DNA of 32,000 bases from Nitrosopumilus sp. K4 (GTDB taxonomy: Archaea; Thermoproteota; Nitrososphaeria; Nitrososphaerales; Nitrosopumilaceae), in assembly GCF_018128925.1 (NCBI RefSeq), contig NZ_CP067007.1, positions 1,298,330 through 1,330,329 on the forward strand. Reading direction: 5' to 3'. The position numbers were made by a program, and so were the translations under genes. The notes under the pieces are model-generated. The model was not told the origin of the DNA. It did no database searches and saw nothing but the letters and a program-made list of their open reading frames with translations. Within the stretch, counting starts at the first letter, position 1; every line of letters starts with the position of its first letter. Of the stretch, positions 18,177-25,995 are shown one piece after another.

Positions 18177-19139
18177 TTATTCTACTATGAATGAGCCTTG
18201 CATTCCTTGTAATGCATGTCCTGGAACAGTACAGATGTAATAGTAAGTTCCTGGTGCACCTGCAGTAAAAGTAGTTTCTCCACTTTCACCAGGTTTTAAC
18301 GGATTGGTTGCTGCTGCAATCTCTGATCCCCAAAGTACATTGTTAAAGTCTTCAGGATTGGAAACAATGCCAAATGAATGGAATGATTTTCCTTTGTTTG
18401 TAGCAGTAAATGTAATTTCATCACCAGAGTTTACTACAAAGTCAGGATTGTGTCCTTCTTCACCAGGTAATGCATTAAATGCCAATGTTCTAAAGTCTGA
18501 AGATTCCACGAAATCAACGCTAAAGTCATGATGTACTCCAGTTGGGGCTGCGGCTTTGGCAGTTGAACCACCGGATTTAGCAGGACCAACGATAATTTCA
18601 CCTACCATTCCTTGTTCTCTGTGTCCTGGAACAGTACAGATGTAATAGTAAGTTCCCTCCTCACCTGGAATGAATTTTGACGTGCCACTTTCGCCTGGTT
18701 TTAGGGGACTTGATGCGCTTCCAATTTCAGAGCCCGAGATAATTCCAGAAAATCCTTCTTCTGCTTTGGTTACACCAAATGCATGGAATGATTTCCCATC
18801 ATTAACCAAACTGAAATTAATTTCATCACCAACATTTACATTAATTGTTGGATTGCTTCCTTCGTCACCAGGTAATGCATTAAATGCCAATGTTCTAAAG
18901 TCTGAAGACTCTATAAATGATAATTCAACTGCATGATGAACTCCGGAAAATGCAGCTTGAACGTCATGTTCAGTAGTTTCACTCATCATTCCAACAACAG
19001 GTGCGGGAGAAGATGTCCAATAGTCCCACATGCTAAAGAAGATTGCACCGCCAACGATACAAATGCCTAGCATAATTGCCATCATTTTACCAGTTCTGGC
19101 AGTTGTTGTCCTGTAAATTGTTTCGTTATTTTGACTCAT
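18177..19139 (-). CDS. Membrane-anchored double cupredoxin (plastocyanin-like) protein
   Basis: 320 aa; N-terminal TM followed by two copies of a cupredoxin domain, each ending YYYICTVPGHxxQGMxG. Confidence 0.9.
   Translation of the reverse strand: MSQNNETIYRTTTARTGKMMAIMLGICIVGGAIFFSMWDYWTSSPAPVVGMMSETTEHDVQAAFSGVHHAVELSFIESSDFRTLAFNALPGDEGSNPTINVNVGDEINFSLVNDGKSFHAFGVTKAEEGFSGIISGSEIGSASSPLKPGESGTSKFIPGEEGTYYYICTVPGHREQGMVGEIIVGPAKSGGSTAKAAAPTGVHHDFSVDFVESSDFRTLAFNALPGEEGHNPDFVVNSGDEITFTATNKGKSFHSFGIVSNPEDFNNVLWGSEIAAATNPLKPGESGETTFTAGAPGTYYYICTVPGHALQGMQGSFIVE
18460..18503. repeat. 44-bp exact direct repeat, copy 1
   Basis: tcaccaggtaatgcattaaatgccaatgttctaaagtctgaaga; encodes SSDFRTLAFNALPG in cupredoxin domain 2. 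Confidence 0.9.
18865..18908. repeat. 44-bp exact direct repeat, copy 2
   Basis: Same 44 bp, 405 bp away, in cupredoxin domain 1 of the same gene. Confidence 0.9.
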
Positions 19140-19151
19140 TTCTTTTATCTC

Positions 19152-20678
19152 CTAATGATGTGGGTTCTTTTGTTCGAACGGATAATAGTATTTGCCGCCA
19201 AGACCAAATGGGTCATCTGGATTGGCAGGCTTACCTTTTCCTGAACTGTAAATTATGTTACCCAAGAAGATTGCCATGCTGACACCAATAATCATTGCAC
19301 CTATTGTTGCAATTTGGTTCATTGCAATCCATTCTGGGATTGGTGGATAATCAAAAATTCTTCTTGGCATGCCATACAGTCCAAGAACGTGTTGTGTAAA
19401 GAATACCAAGATGGTACCAATGAAAGACAATACAAAGTGTGTAACCCCTAATTTTTCGTTGTACATTCTTCCTGTTACATATGGGAACATGTAGTAAAGA
19501 TAGCCAATTGAACCAAATGCGATTGTACCCATGACAAATAGGTGGAAGTGTCCAACTACCCAGTATGTGTCGTGAGTTGAAAAGTCCAAAGGCATGGCAC
19601 TGTTTACAACACCACCTGCTCCTGCTGAGAAGAATAATGCAATTCCACCAACTGCCCACATCATTGGGGTTGCAAATCTAATTCTGCCATTCCACATTGT
19701 TGCAATGAAGTTAAAGACGTGCATTGCAGAGGCTGGAACTGCTGCTAATGTTCCTACCATGAATACTGTCTTTTCAGTAAAGGACATTCCTGTTGCATAC
19801 ATGTGATGAGCCCATGATGAAAAGCTGACAATAGATAACAAGACAAATGCAAAGACACCAGAACTGTGGCTGAAGATGGGTTTTCTTGAAAATCTTGGAA
19901 TGATTTCATACATCATACCTATTGCGGGAATAACAAGTACGTATACTTCAGGATGGAAAGTAAACCAGAATAAGTGTGCATAAGCGATTGGGTCACCACC
20001 CATTGCAGGGTTGAAGAATCCTGTAACTCCAAGTCTGTCTGTAAGTAACATCAAAAGTGCTGCGGCAAATGTTGGAATTGCAACAAGTACAATTAATGAT
20101 GAAGACAAGAATGACCATGCTAACAATGGCACCTGACCAATTGACATGTCAGGATGCTTACATTTTAGAATTGTGACAATGAAGTTAATTGCGCCAAGGA
20201 CTGAAGAGATTCCCAGAATCTTTAGTCCGAAAATCCACATATCTGCAGCTGGACCTGGGGCGCTGATGATAGAATAGGGAGGAGTTGCATACCATGTAAA
20301 GTCTGCAAAGCCCAGCCAAATTAGTGCACCACCAGGAGGAATCATCCAAAATGCAATTGCATTAAGTTTTGGATATGCCATGTCTTTGTATCTAACCATA
20401 ATTGGAACAAAGTAGTTACCAACAGCTGATGCAAATGGCAATAAGAATAAGAAGATGAGAGTAGTTCCGTGAACGGTAAACATTCTGTTAAAGGTCATTG
20501 CATCAGCGATGAATTGTGCTCCTGGCAAAAATAATTCGGCACGAATTGCAAGTGCAAGTGCACCACCTAAAAACAAGAATCCCAGTGACATGATAAGATA
20601 AAGCAATCCCACATCAGTGTGATGTGTTGAGAACATTATTTGCCAAATGGGTCGTGGTTTTTGTAATTCTAGAACCAT
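19152..20678 (-). CDS. coxA: Heme-copper oxidase subunit I
   Basis: 508 aa; FTVHGTTLIFLFLLPFA, WFTFHPEVYVLVIPA, SWAHHMYATGM, YWVVGHFHLFVMG. Confidence 0.96.
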   Translation of the reverse strand: MVLELQKPRPIWQIMFSTHHTDVGLLYLIMSLGFLFLGGALALAIRAELFLPGAQFIADAMTFNRMFTVHGTTLIFLFLLPFASAVGNYFVPIMVRYKDMAYPKLNAIAFWMIPPGGALIWLGFADFTWYATPPYSIISAPGPAADMWIFGLKILGISSVLGAINFIVTILKCKHPDMSIGQVPLLAWSFLSSSLIVLVAIPTFAAALLMLLTDRLGVTGFFNPAMGGDPIAYAHLFWFTFHPEVYVLVIPAIGMMYEIIPRFSRKPIFSHSSGVFAFVLLSIVSFSSWAHHMYATGMSFTEKTVFMVGTLAAVPASAMHVFNFIATMWNGRIRFATPMMWAVGGIALFFSAGAGGVVNSAMPLDFSTHDTYWVVGHFHLFVMGTIAFGSIGYLYYMFPYVTGRMYNEKLGVTHFVLSFIGTILVFFTQHVLGLYGMPRRIFDYPPIPEWIAMNQIATIGAMIIGVSMAIFLGNIIYSSGKGKPANPDDPFGLGGKYYYPFEQKNPHH

Positions 20679-20721
20679 TAGATAGTCTCCTCACTTGAAA
20701 TTACAGATAAATGTCTTAGCA

Positions 20722-21153
20722 TCAAGATGATGGCTCCTCCACAATTAGTTTTCCTCTCATGTTATAGTGAATCAAACCACAATATTCTCTGCATTGGATA
20801 TCATGTTCGCCTGCTTTGTCAGGTGCAAACCAAACTGTGTTAACTCTGCCTGGAACTGCATCCATTAAAACAACATAATCATGAATATTAAAAGAGTGAT
20901 TGACGTCTTTGGCAGTTACCTCAAACTTGTATGCTTTTCCAGCTTCTACATGTAACTCACCAATTTCTTTAGTTCCATCCTCATGTTCAAAAGTCCAGAA
21001 CCATTGTTGTCCAGTTACTTTGATAACCTCAGCATCAGCAGGAACGTGCTCAACTAGTCTTTCAACGTTCCATGCTTCTCCACCAACCCAGCACAATAAT
21101 GCAATTACGATTCCAATGTAGATCCATTCAGGCCAGTTAGAGTGTCCACCCAT
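20722..21153 (-). CDS. coxB: Heme-copper oxidase subunit II, TM2 + CuA domain part
   Basis: TM segment then VTGQQWFWTFEHEDG, DVNHSFNIHDY and CREYCGLIHYNM (CuA ligands H...CxxxCxxxHxxM). Confidence 0.92.
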   Translation of the reverse strand: MGGHSNWPEWIYIGIVIALLCWVGGEAWNVERLVEHVPADAEVIKVTGQQWFWTFEHEDGTKEIGELHVEAGKAYKFEVTAKDVNHSFNIHDYVVLMDAVPGRVNTVWFAPDKAGEHDIQCREYCGLIHYNMRGKLIVEEPSS

Positions 21154-21156
21154 TTT

Positions 21157-21420
21157 CTACCATACTCCTTCCTTTTCATATGGTGTTGGAGTAGCTTTTG
21201 GATGCGATTCTCTGAATCTCCAAACCAACCAAATCATGGTACCAGAAACTACTGCACCAACAGTAAATGCAACAGTCATCATTCTAAAGAATAAATTCCA
21301 AATCAAAACACGTCGATCTACATATTCGCCTGGTTCATCACCTGCAGCTAAAGCATAATCAGCTACTGGAATGATTACTAAAATTGCAAATACTAAGAAC
21401 AGACCGACCATACTCTTCAT
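21157..21420 (-). CDS. Heme-copper oxidase subunit II N-terminal part (signal sequence + TM1)
   Basis: 87 aa; hydrophobic N-terminus and TM FTVGAVVSGTMIWLVWRFRESH. Same reading frame as the CuA ORF, separated by TAG AAA ATG. Confidence 0.75.
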   Translation of the reverse strand: MKSMVGLFLVFAILVIIPVADYALAAGDEPGEYVDRRVLIWNLFFRMMTVAFTVGAVVSGTMIWLVWRFRESHPKATPTPYEKEGVW

Positions 21421-21474
21421 TAGCGTGACTGACGTGACCTTTGATTTCTATTTAAGGGTTTTCAAGATTATTAG

Positions 21475-22098
21475 CTACCAATCCTGATCGAATCTGGATG
21501 GATGCATTACGTTAAGTCCAGATACTGAGAACATACGTTGGTATTCTCTAAATATATTCAAAGATGCATTTGCTATAATCAGCTCATATAGATTCTTTGG
21601 AGACAGATCAACTATTGTTGCAAGCATTGCCTTGATAGGATCCATATGGGTTACAAGGACCACATTTTCATCAGGATGATTTTCTAGAACATCATCTACA
21701 ATTCCCAATACACGTTTTTTGACCTGATCAAAAGTTTCTACGCCATTATGTGCAATTTCTAGTTCACCGTTATAGAATTTCATGAACACGTTTCCATGAC
21801 TTGAAAAAATTTCATCATAAGGCATTCCAGTAAATTTTCCCATGTCCAACTCAATTAATCGCTCGTCAATTCTAACATCAACTGAATTATGTTTTCCAAC
21901 TATTTCTGCAGTGTTTTTTGCTCTTTCAATAGGACTTGAATAAATTGCCGAAATGTTCATGTGTTCTAAAAATTCAGCTGCCTTTTGGGCCTGATCTACT
22001 CCTTTGTCTGTCAAAGGGATTCCAGGGGTTCTACCTGCAAGAATTCTTTCAGTATTATTTTTTGCCTGTCCATGTCTAAGAAATATTATTGATCCCAA
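21475..22098 (-). CDS. Histidine phosphatase superfamily (phosphoglycerate mutase-like) protein
   Basis: IIFLRHGQAKNNTERILAGRTPGIPLTDKG, YSSPIERAKNTAEIV, VVLVTHMDPI. Confidence 0.88.
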   Translation of the reverse strand: MGSIIFLRHGQAKNNTERILAGRTPGIPLTDKGVDQAQKAAEFLEHMNISAIYSSPIERAKNTAEIVGKHNSVDVRIDERLIELDMGKFTGMPYDEIFSSHGNVFMKFYNGELEIAHNGVETFDQVKKRVLGIVDDVLENHPDENVVLVTHMDPIKAMLATIVDLSPKNLYELIIANASLNIFREYQRMFSVSGLNVMHPSRFDQDW

Positions 22099-22149
22099 CT
22101 ATACCGCATCTCAAATAGAGATAATAATAACATTATCAGAACAAAGTAC

Positions 22150-22821
22150 ATGAAAGTAGGAATTATTGGTGGAACAGGAGGAATGGGGAAAGGTTTTGCT
22201 CTTAGATGGTCTCTTAATCACGATGTCATTGTAGGTTCCAGAGATGCTGCAAGAGCATCATCATCAGCAACGGAATACACAAATCTTGCAAAAGAAGCAT
22301 TTGGAGAAATTAAAGGAAGCATTACTGGGAATGATAACATTTCTGTCGCAAAAGAAAGTGACGTTTTGGTTTTGTCAATCCCATATGAAAATATCGATAC
22401 AGTATGTTCAGAGATATTGCCTCAAACAAAAGATAGTTGTGTTGTAATATCACCAATAGTTCCAATGACCAAGACAGATGTTGGTTTTGAATTTATTCCA
22501 ATTAAAGAGAATAAACCATTTTCATATCAGTTAGTATCAAAGTATGTCAAGGACAAATCAAAATTAGTTTCAGCGTTTCATGTGATTTCTGAAAAGAAAC
22601 TTGTTAACCCAACACTAGAATTGGATTATGACATCTTTGTATGTGGCGATGATAAAGAATCAGTAGGTGTGGTGAATAGCTTGATTAATGAAATAAAGGG
22701 ACTAAGACCAATTTACTTGGGGCCCGGAGAGTTATCATACATGGCTGAAATTGCAACACCACTCTTGCTAAATGCAATGATTAGAAACAAGATAAAAAAT
22801 CCAGGAATCAAAATTATCTAA
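22150..22821 (+). CDS. npdG: NADPH-dependent F420 reductase
   Basis: MKVGIIGGTGGMGKGFALRWSLNHDVIVGSRD, VLVLSIPYENID, SAFHVISEKKL, LGPGELSYMAEIATPLLLN. Confidence 0.85.
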   Translation: MKVGIIGGTGGMGKGFALRWSLNHDVIVGSRDAARASSSATEYTNLAKEAFGEIKGSITGNDNISVAKESDVLVLSIPYENIDTVCSEILPQTKDSCVVISPIVPMTKTDVGFEFIPIKENKPFSYQLVSKYVKDKSKLVSAFHVISEKKLVNPTLELDYDIFVCGDDKESVGVVNSLINEIKGLRPIYLGPGELSYMAEIATPLLLNAMIRNKIKNPGIKII

Positions 22822-22839
22822 GCATAATTTTGTAAAGTT

Positions 22840-23073
22840 ATGAGTCACGAATACTATCGACGTGGTAGAAATTGGTATACTGCAATTGGTGCTCTTTTTC
22901 TTATTAGTGCAGGAATTGTTATTGTCAGACAGCTGTTAATTTGGGGACCAGAGTTTATGATGGATTTTTTGGTAAATTCTGAAATAACAAATGAAAAAGT
23001 TTCAGTTGCAATGATAGGATTCGGGGTTTTTATGATAGCATTAGGTTTTAGAAAACATGAACAGCCGAGATAA
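22840..23073 (+). CDS. Hypothetical small membrane protein
   Basis: 77 aa with two TM segments. 17-nt overlap with the following gene. Confidence 0.65.
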   Translation: MSHEYYRRGRNWYTAIGALFLISAGIVIVRQLLIWGPEFMMDFLVNSEITNEKVSVAMIGFGVFMIALGFRKHEQPR

Positions 23074-23458
23074 ATTTCTCAGAGAACAAAAAGTTTTACG
23101 GCTTGCAACCATAGGCAAGAACAAGACTCCTCATATTGTTCCTGTTTGGTACATGTATAGCTCAAAAAAAATCTACATAGGAACAAACACAAAAACTCAA
23201 AAAGCAAAAAATGTACAAAAGAATAAACGGGTTAGTTTTTGCATAGATGTCGGAGTCAATGCACCAAATATCTATGGTGTAATGGGACAAGGAAATGCAA
23301 GTTTGATTTTAGAGAACTCCAAAGTAAAAAGAATTGGAAAAAAAATTCTTCTCAGATATTTTGATACCATAGAAAATAAATCAGCAAAAGAATTACTTGA
23401 TGATACTGACTGTATTATTGAGATAATTCCTGAAAAATGGTCTATTTGGAATTATTGA
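23057..23458 (+). CDS. Pyridoxamine 5'-phosphate oxidase-fold protein (possibly F420- or FMN-dependent)
   Basis: LREQKVLRLATIGKNKTPHIVPVWYMYSSKKIYIGTNTKTQKAKNVQKNKRVSFCID. Confidence 0.82.
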   Translation: MNSRDKFLREQKVLRLATIGKNKTPHIVPVWYMYSSKKIYIGTNTKTQKAKNVQKNKRVSFCIDVGVNAPNIYGVMGQGNASLILENSKVKRIGKKILLRYFDTIENKSAKELLDDTDCIIEIIPEKWSIWNY

Positions 23459-24627
23459 CTTACGAACTCTTCAATCTTAGTCATTGCTGAATCAAGTGTT
23501 TCCAAACTTGGAAGATAAACTAGTCTAAAATGTCCACTACCATATTTTTCACCAAATCCAGAACCATGAACAGTTAGAACTCCTTTCGATTCCAAGAGTT
23601 TTGTAACAAATTCTTTGTCAGTTCCAAATCGATTGTCTTCAATTTTTGGAAATGCGTAAAAAGATCCCTTTGGGTTTGGACAAGAAAGTCCAGGTATTTC
23701 GTTTAGTCTTTTGATGACCAAGTCTCTACGTTGTTTTATTTCAGAAACAAATTTTGAGATGTAATCTTGAGATCCACGTAATGATTCAAGTGCAGCATGT
23801 TGTACTGGCAGGTTAGTAGCAATTCTAACCCGAGCAAGTTTAGGAAGGTTTTCTCGTAAATCATCTAGTTTAGAAGATTGATTAAATGCAATGTATCCAA
23901 TTCTCCATCCAGACATTAAATGAACTTTAGAAAAACCATTTAGGACAATTACTGGAGAATCACCAGCAACTTTGCCAATTCCTGTAAATTTTTCATCAAA
24001 GATAATTTGATCGTAGATTTCATCACAAATAATGTAGAGGTTGCTCTCATTTGCAATGTTTACAAGTTCCCTAAGTGAATTCTCATTAAATACAACCCCA
24101 GTAGGATTGTTTGGGCTGATTAAACAAATTGCAACAGTTTTTGAAGTAATCTTTTTTCGTATGTCTTCAATATCAGGAGTTGAATTTTCCAAGTCCACTG
24201 CAAATTCAACAGGCAGTCCTCCATGCAGTCTTACATAAGAAGCATATGGCGGATAGTAAGGACCCGGTAACAGAACCTCATCTCCTTCTTCAACAATTGA
24301 AGAAATTACCATATCAAGTCCTTCAGAAACACCATTTGTAACTAAGATATCATCAGAGTCAATTGATAGTCCCTTCACATTTTCCTTTTTTGCAATTTCA
24401 TTACGTAATTCAGCCAGTCCTTCTGATGTAGAATAATAGTTTTCGCCCCTGTTGATTGCATCGATCAAAGCTTGTTTTACATTATCAGGTGGTTGAAATC
24501 CAAATTGCACAGGATCACCAATGTTAAGATAGTCAACCTTCATTCCTTTTTGTTGAACTTTTCTTGCAGTTAGAACAATGTCTCTAATTGCATATTCAAC
24601 ACCTGCAACTTTTTTTGACACTTTCAT
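23452..24627 (-). CDS. Class I/II PLP-dependent aminotransferase (alanine/aspartate aminotransferase-like)
   Basis: YLNIGDPVQFGFQPP, ISPNNPTGVVFNEN, VLNGFSKVHLMSGWRIGY. Start set at MKVSKKVAGVEYAIRDI (24627) because the track ORF enters the tRNA-Arg. Confidence 0.9.
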   Translation of the reverse strand: MKVSKKVAGVEYAIRDIVLTARKVQQKGMKVDYLNIGDPVQFGFQPPDNVKQALIDAINRGENYYSTSEGLAELRNEIAKKENVKGLSIDSDDILVTNGVSEGLDMVISSIVEEGDEVLLPGPYYPPYASYVRLHGGLPVEFAVDLENSTPDIEDIRKKITSKTVAICLISPNNPTGVVFNENSLRELVNIANESNLYIICDEIYDQIIFDEKFTGIGKVAGDSPVIVLNGFSKVHLMSGWRIGYIAFNQSSKLDDLRENLPKLARVRIATNLPVQHAALESLRGSQDYISKFVSEIKQRRDLVIKRLNEIPGLSCPNPKGSFYAFPKIEDNRFGTDKEFVTKLLESKGVLTVHGSGFGEKYGSGHFRLVYLPSLETLDSAMTKIEEFVSQ

Positions 24628-24671
24628 TGTATCTAGACAGATTTTTAGGCCTGTTAAATTCTTACTTGTTT

Positions 24672-24746
24672 GGACTCGTAGCACAGTCTGGATAGTGCGG
24701 GCGGCTTCGAACCGCCAGGTCGAGGGATCGAAGCCCTCCGAGCCCT
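24672..24746 (+). tRNA. tRNA-Arg (anticodon TCG)
   Basis: D arm GCAC-AGTCTGGATA-GTGC, anticodon arm GGCGG-CTTCGAA-CCGCC, T arm GAGGG-ATCGAAG-CCCTC, acceptor GGACTCG/CGAGCCC with one A3:C70 mismatch. Confidence 0.9.
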
Positions 24747-24788
24747 TTAGATTATCTTATTAAGCAAAAAATTTTCAAGAGAAATGAA

Positions 24789-25280
24789 TTGAAGGTTTCA
24801 TTGTTCAAGATTGGAATTATGCTAAGCATTGTGGGAATTAGTTGGATTTCAATGGTTTTTCTACAAGGAGATAGAATTTCGGAAGAATTTCTTTTAGAAT
24901 CATCAAATTCTCACAAAATAGATATGAGTTTTGCAGGAGAAGACATAGGATATTACAAAGTATTCATGCCTAATTTTTCTGGAGATGAAGTGTTTGTGCA
25001 AGTATTGGATACTGTGGGTAATGTAATTTCTGAACAATCAGTTCATACAAAAATGTCAGTAGCATATTTTGATTATGAAAAAACTGGAAAATATTCTGTG
25101 AAGATTGTAAATGTATCAAAAAATCCAATTAATATTCAAGTCGAATTTGGAGATACTAATTCTAAGGAAATGATTCCTGCGGGAATCATAATACTAGTAG
25201 GTTCAATAATGATAATTTTGGCGTCATATATGAAATTAAAAAATTATAAAATTGCACAACCTGATGAGAATATTTCGTAG
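24789..25280 (+). CDS. Hypothetical membrane-anchored protein
   Basis: 163 aa from TTG; N-terminal TM, beta-rich extracellular region, C-terminal TM GIIILVGSIMIILASYM. Confidence 0.6.
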   Translation: MKVSLFKIGIMLSIVGISWISMVFLQGDRISEEFLLESSNSHKIDMSFAGEDIGYYKVFMPNFSGDEVFVQVLDTVGNVISEQSVHTKMSVAYFDYEKTGKYSVKIVNVSKNPINIQVEFGDTNSKEMIPAGIIILVGSIMIILASYMKLKNYKIAQPDENIS

Positions 25281-25837
25281 ACCGGAATACATTGAATAAC
25301 ATGTCCTAAAATCAATGCAAGATTGAAGGCAAGCCAAGTTGTAAAGAAGATAAATGAAATAATGGAAAATGGCAATAAGAGTTTGAGTTTAGTATGTTCT
25401 CTATTTTTTATAATAAGTAATCCACCTAGTGATGCTAAAACAAGACCGAATTCAAGAGGTTGATGAGACCAAGAAATCAATCCATCAATTCCAAATATAT
25501 CATGTGATAAAGAATCTCCAAATCCTGAAATGAGTTGAATACCAGATCCAATTATTACAAGTTTGATACCAGTATTTAATGAGCCTCTGACAGATTTTCT
25601 TATCAGTAATATGATTCCTAGAATTGCCGCACAAGAGACAAGAGATACACCAAAGTAAACTGTAATGTGTTGTGTTGTCCAGAAGAATTCAGGTTCTCTT
25701 AAAAGATGAGAAATGGCATCCCAAAAACCACCAGAAACTGTAATGACAGGACCTAAAACAGCCAAAATAGAAGTAAATGAGATCAGTGTAGTACTTTTTG
25801 CAAAAGTTGAATTTGAAAGCCTAGAAATTAGTTTCAT
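25244..25837 (-). CDS. Hypothetical multi-TM membrane protein
   Basis: 197 aa, about five hydrophobic segments. Overlaps the convergent gene by 37 nt. Confidence 0.65.
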   Translation of the reverse strand: MKLISRLSNSTFAKSTTLISFTSILAVLGPVITVSGGFWDAISHLLREPEFFWTTQHITVYFGVSLVSCAAILGIILLIRKSVRGSLNTGIKLVIIGSGIQLISGFGDSLSHDIFGIDGLISWSHQPLEFGLVLASLGGLLIIKNREHTKLKLLLPFSIISFIFFTTWLAFNLALILGHVIQCIPVYEIFSSGCAIL

Positions 25838-25937
25838 TTCATTTTACCTATCTTAAAGTGATATTTGAAATATTGTAAATTTACTAATTAGAAAAATTGA
25901 ACTTTGAGACTAATTTTATCAATTAACTAAGTCCACG

Positions 25938-25949
25938 TTATACGTATAA
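25938..25949. promoter_or_regulatory. Perfect 12-bp palindrome TTATACGTATAA upstream of the integrase
   Basis: Self-complementary, about 47-58 nt upstream of the predicted GTG start at 25996. Confidence 0.3.
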
Positions 25950-25995
25950 GATAACCACTTGGGATTTTTAACAGTAGCCATACCTAGATACTTCA

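Noticed and set aside
19076-21121. Plus- and minus-strand ORFs inside the oxidase genes (19076, 19351, 19594, 20900)
   Set aside because: Overlap coxA/coxB in other frames; peptides look like out-of-frame translations of the oxidase.
20722-21420. Pyrrolysine insertion at the coxB TAG
   Set aside because: No pylT/pylS seen here and TAG is also used as the terminal stop of coxA. Fission or re-initiation is simpler, though readthrough cannot be excluded.
24628-24763. N-terminal extension of the aminotransferase and the 61-aa minus ORF 24578..24763
   Set aside because: Both overlap tRNA-Arg; the aminotransferase fold begins after MKVSKKVAGVEYAIRDI.
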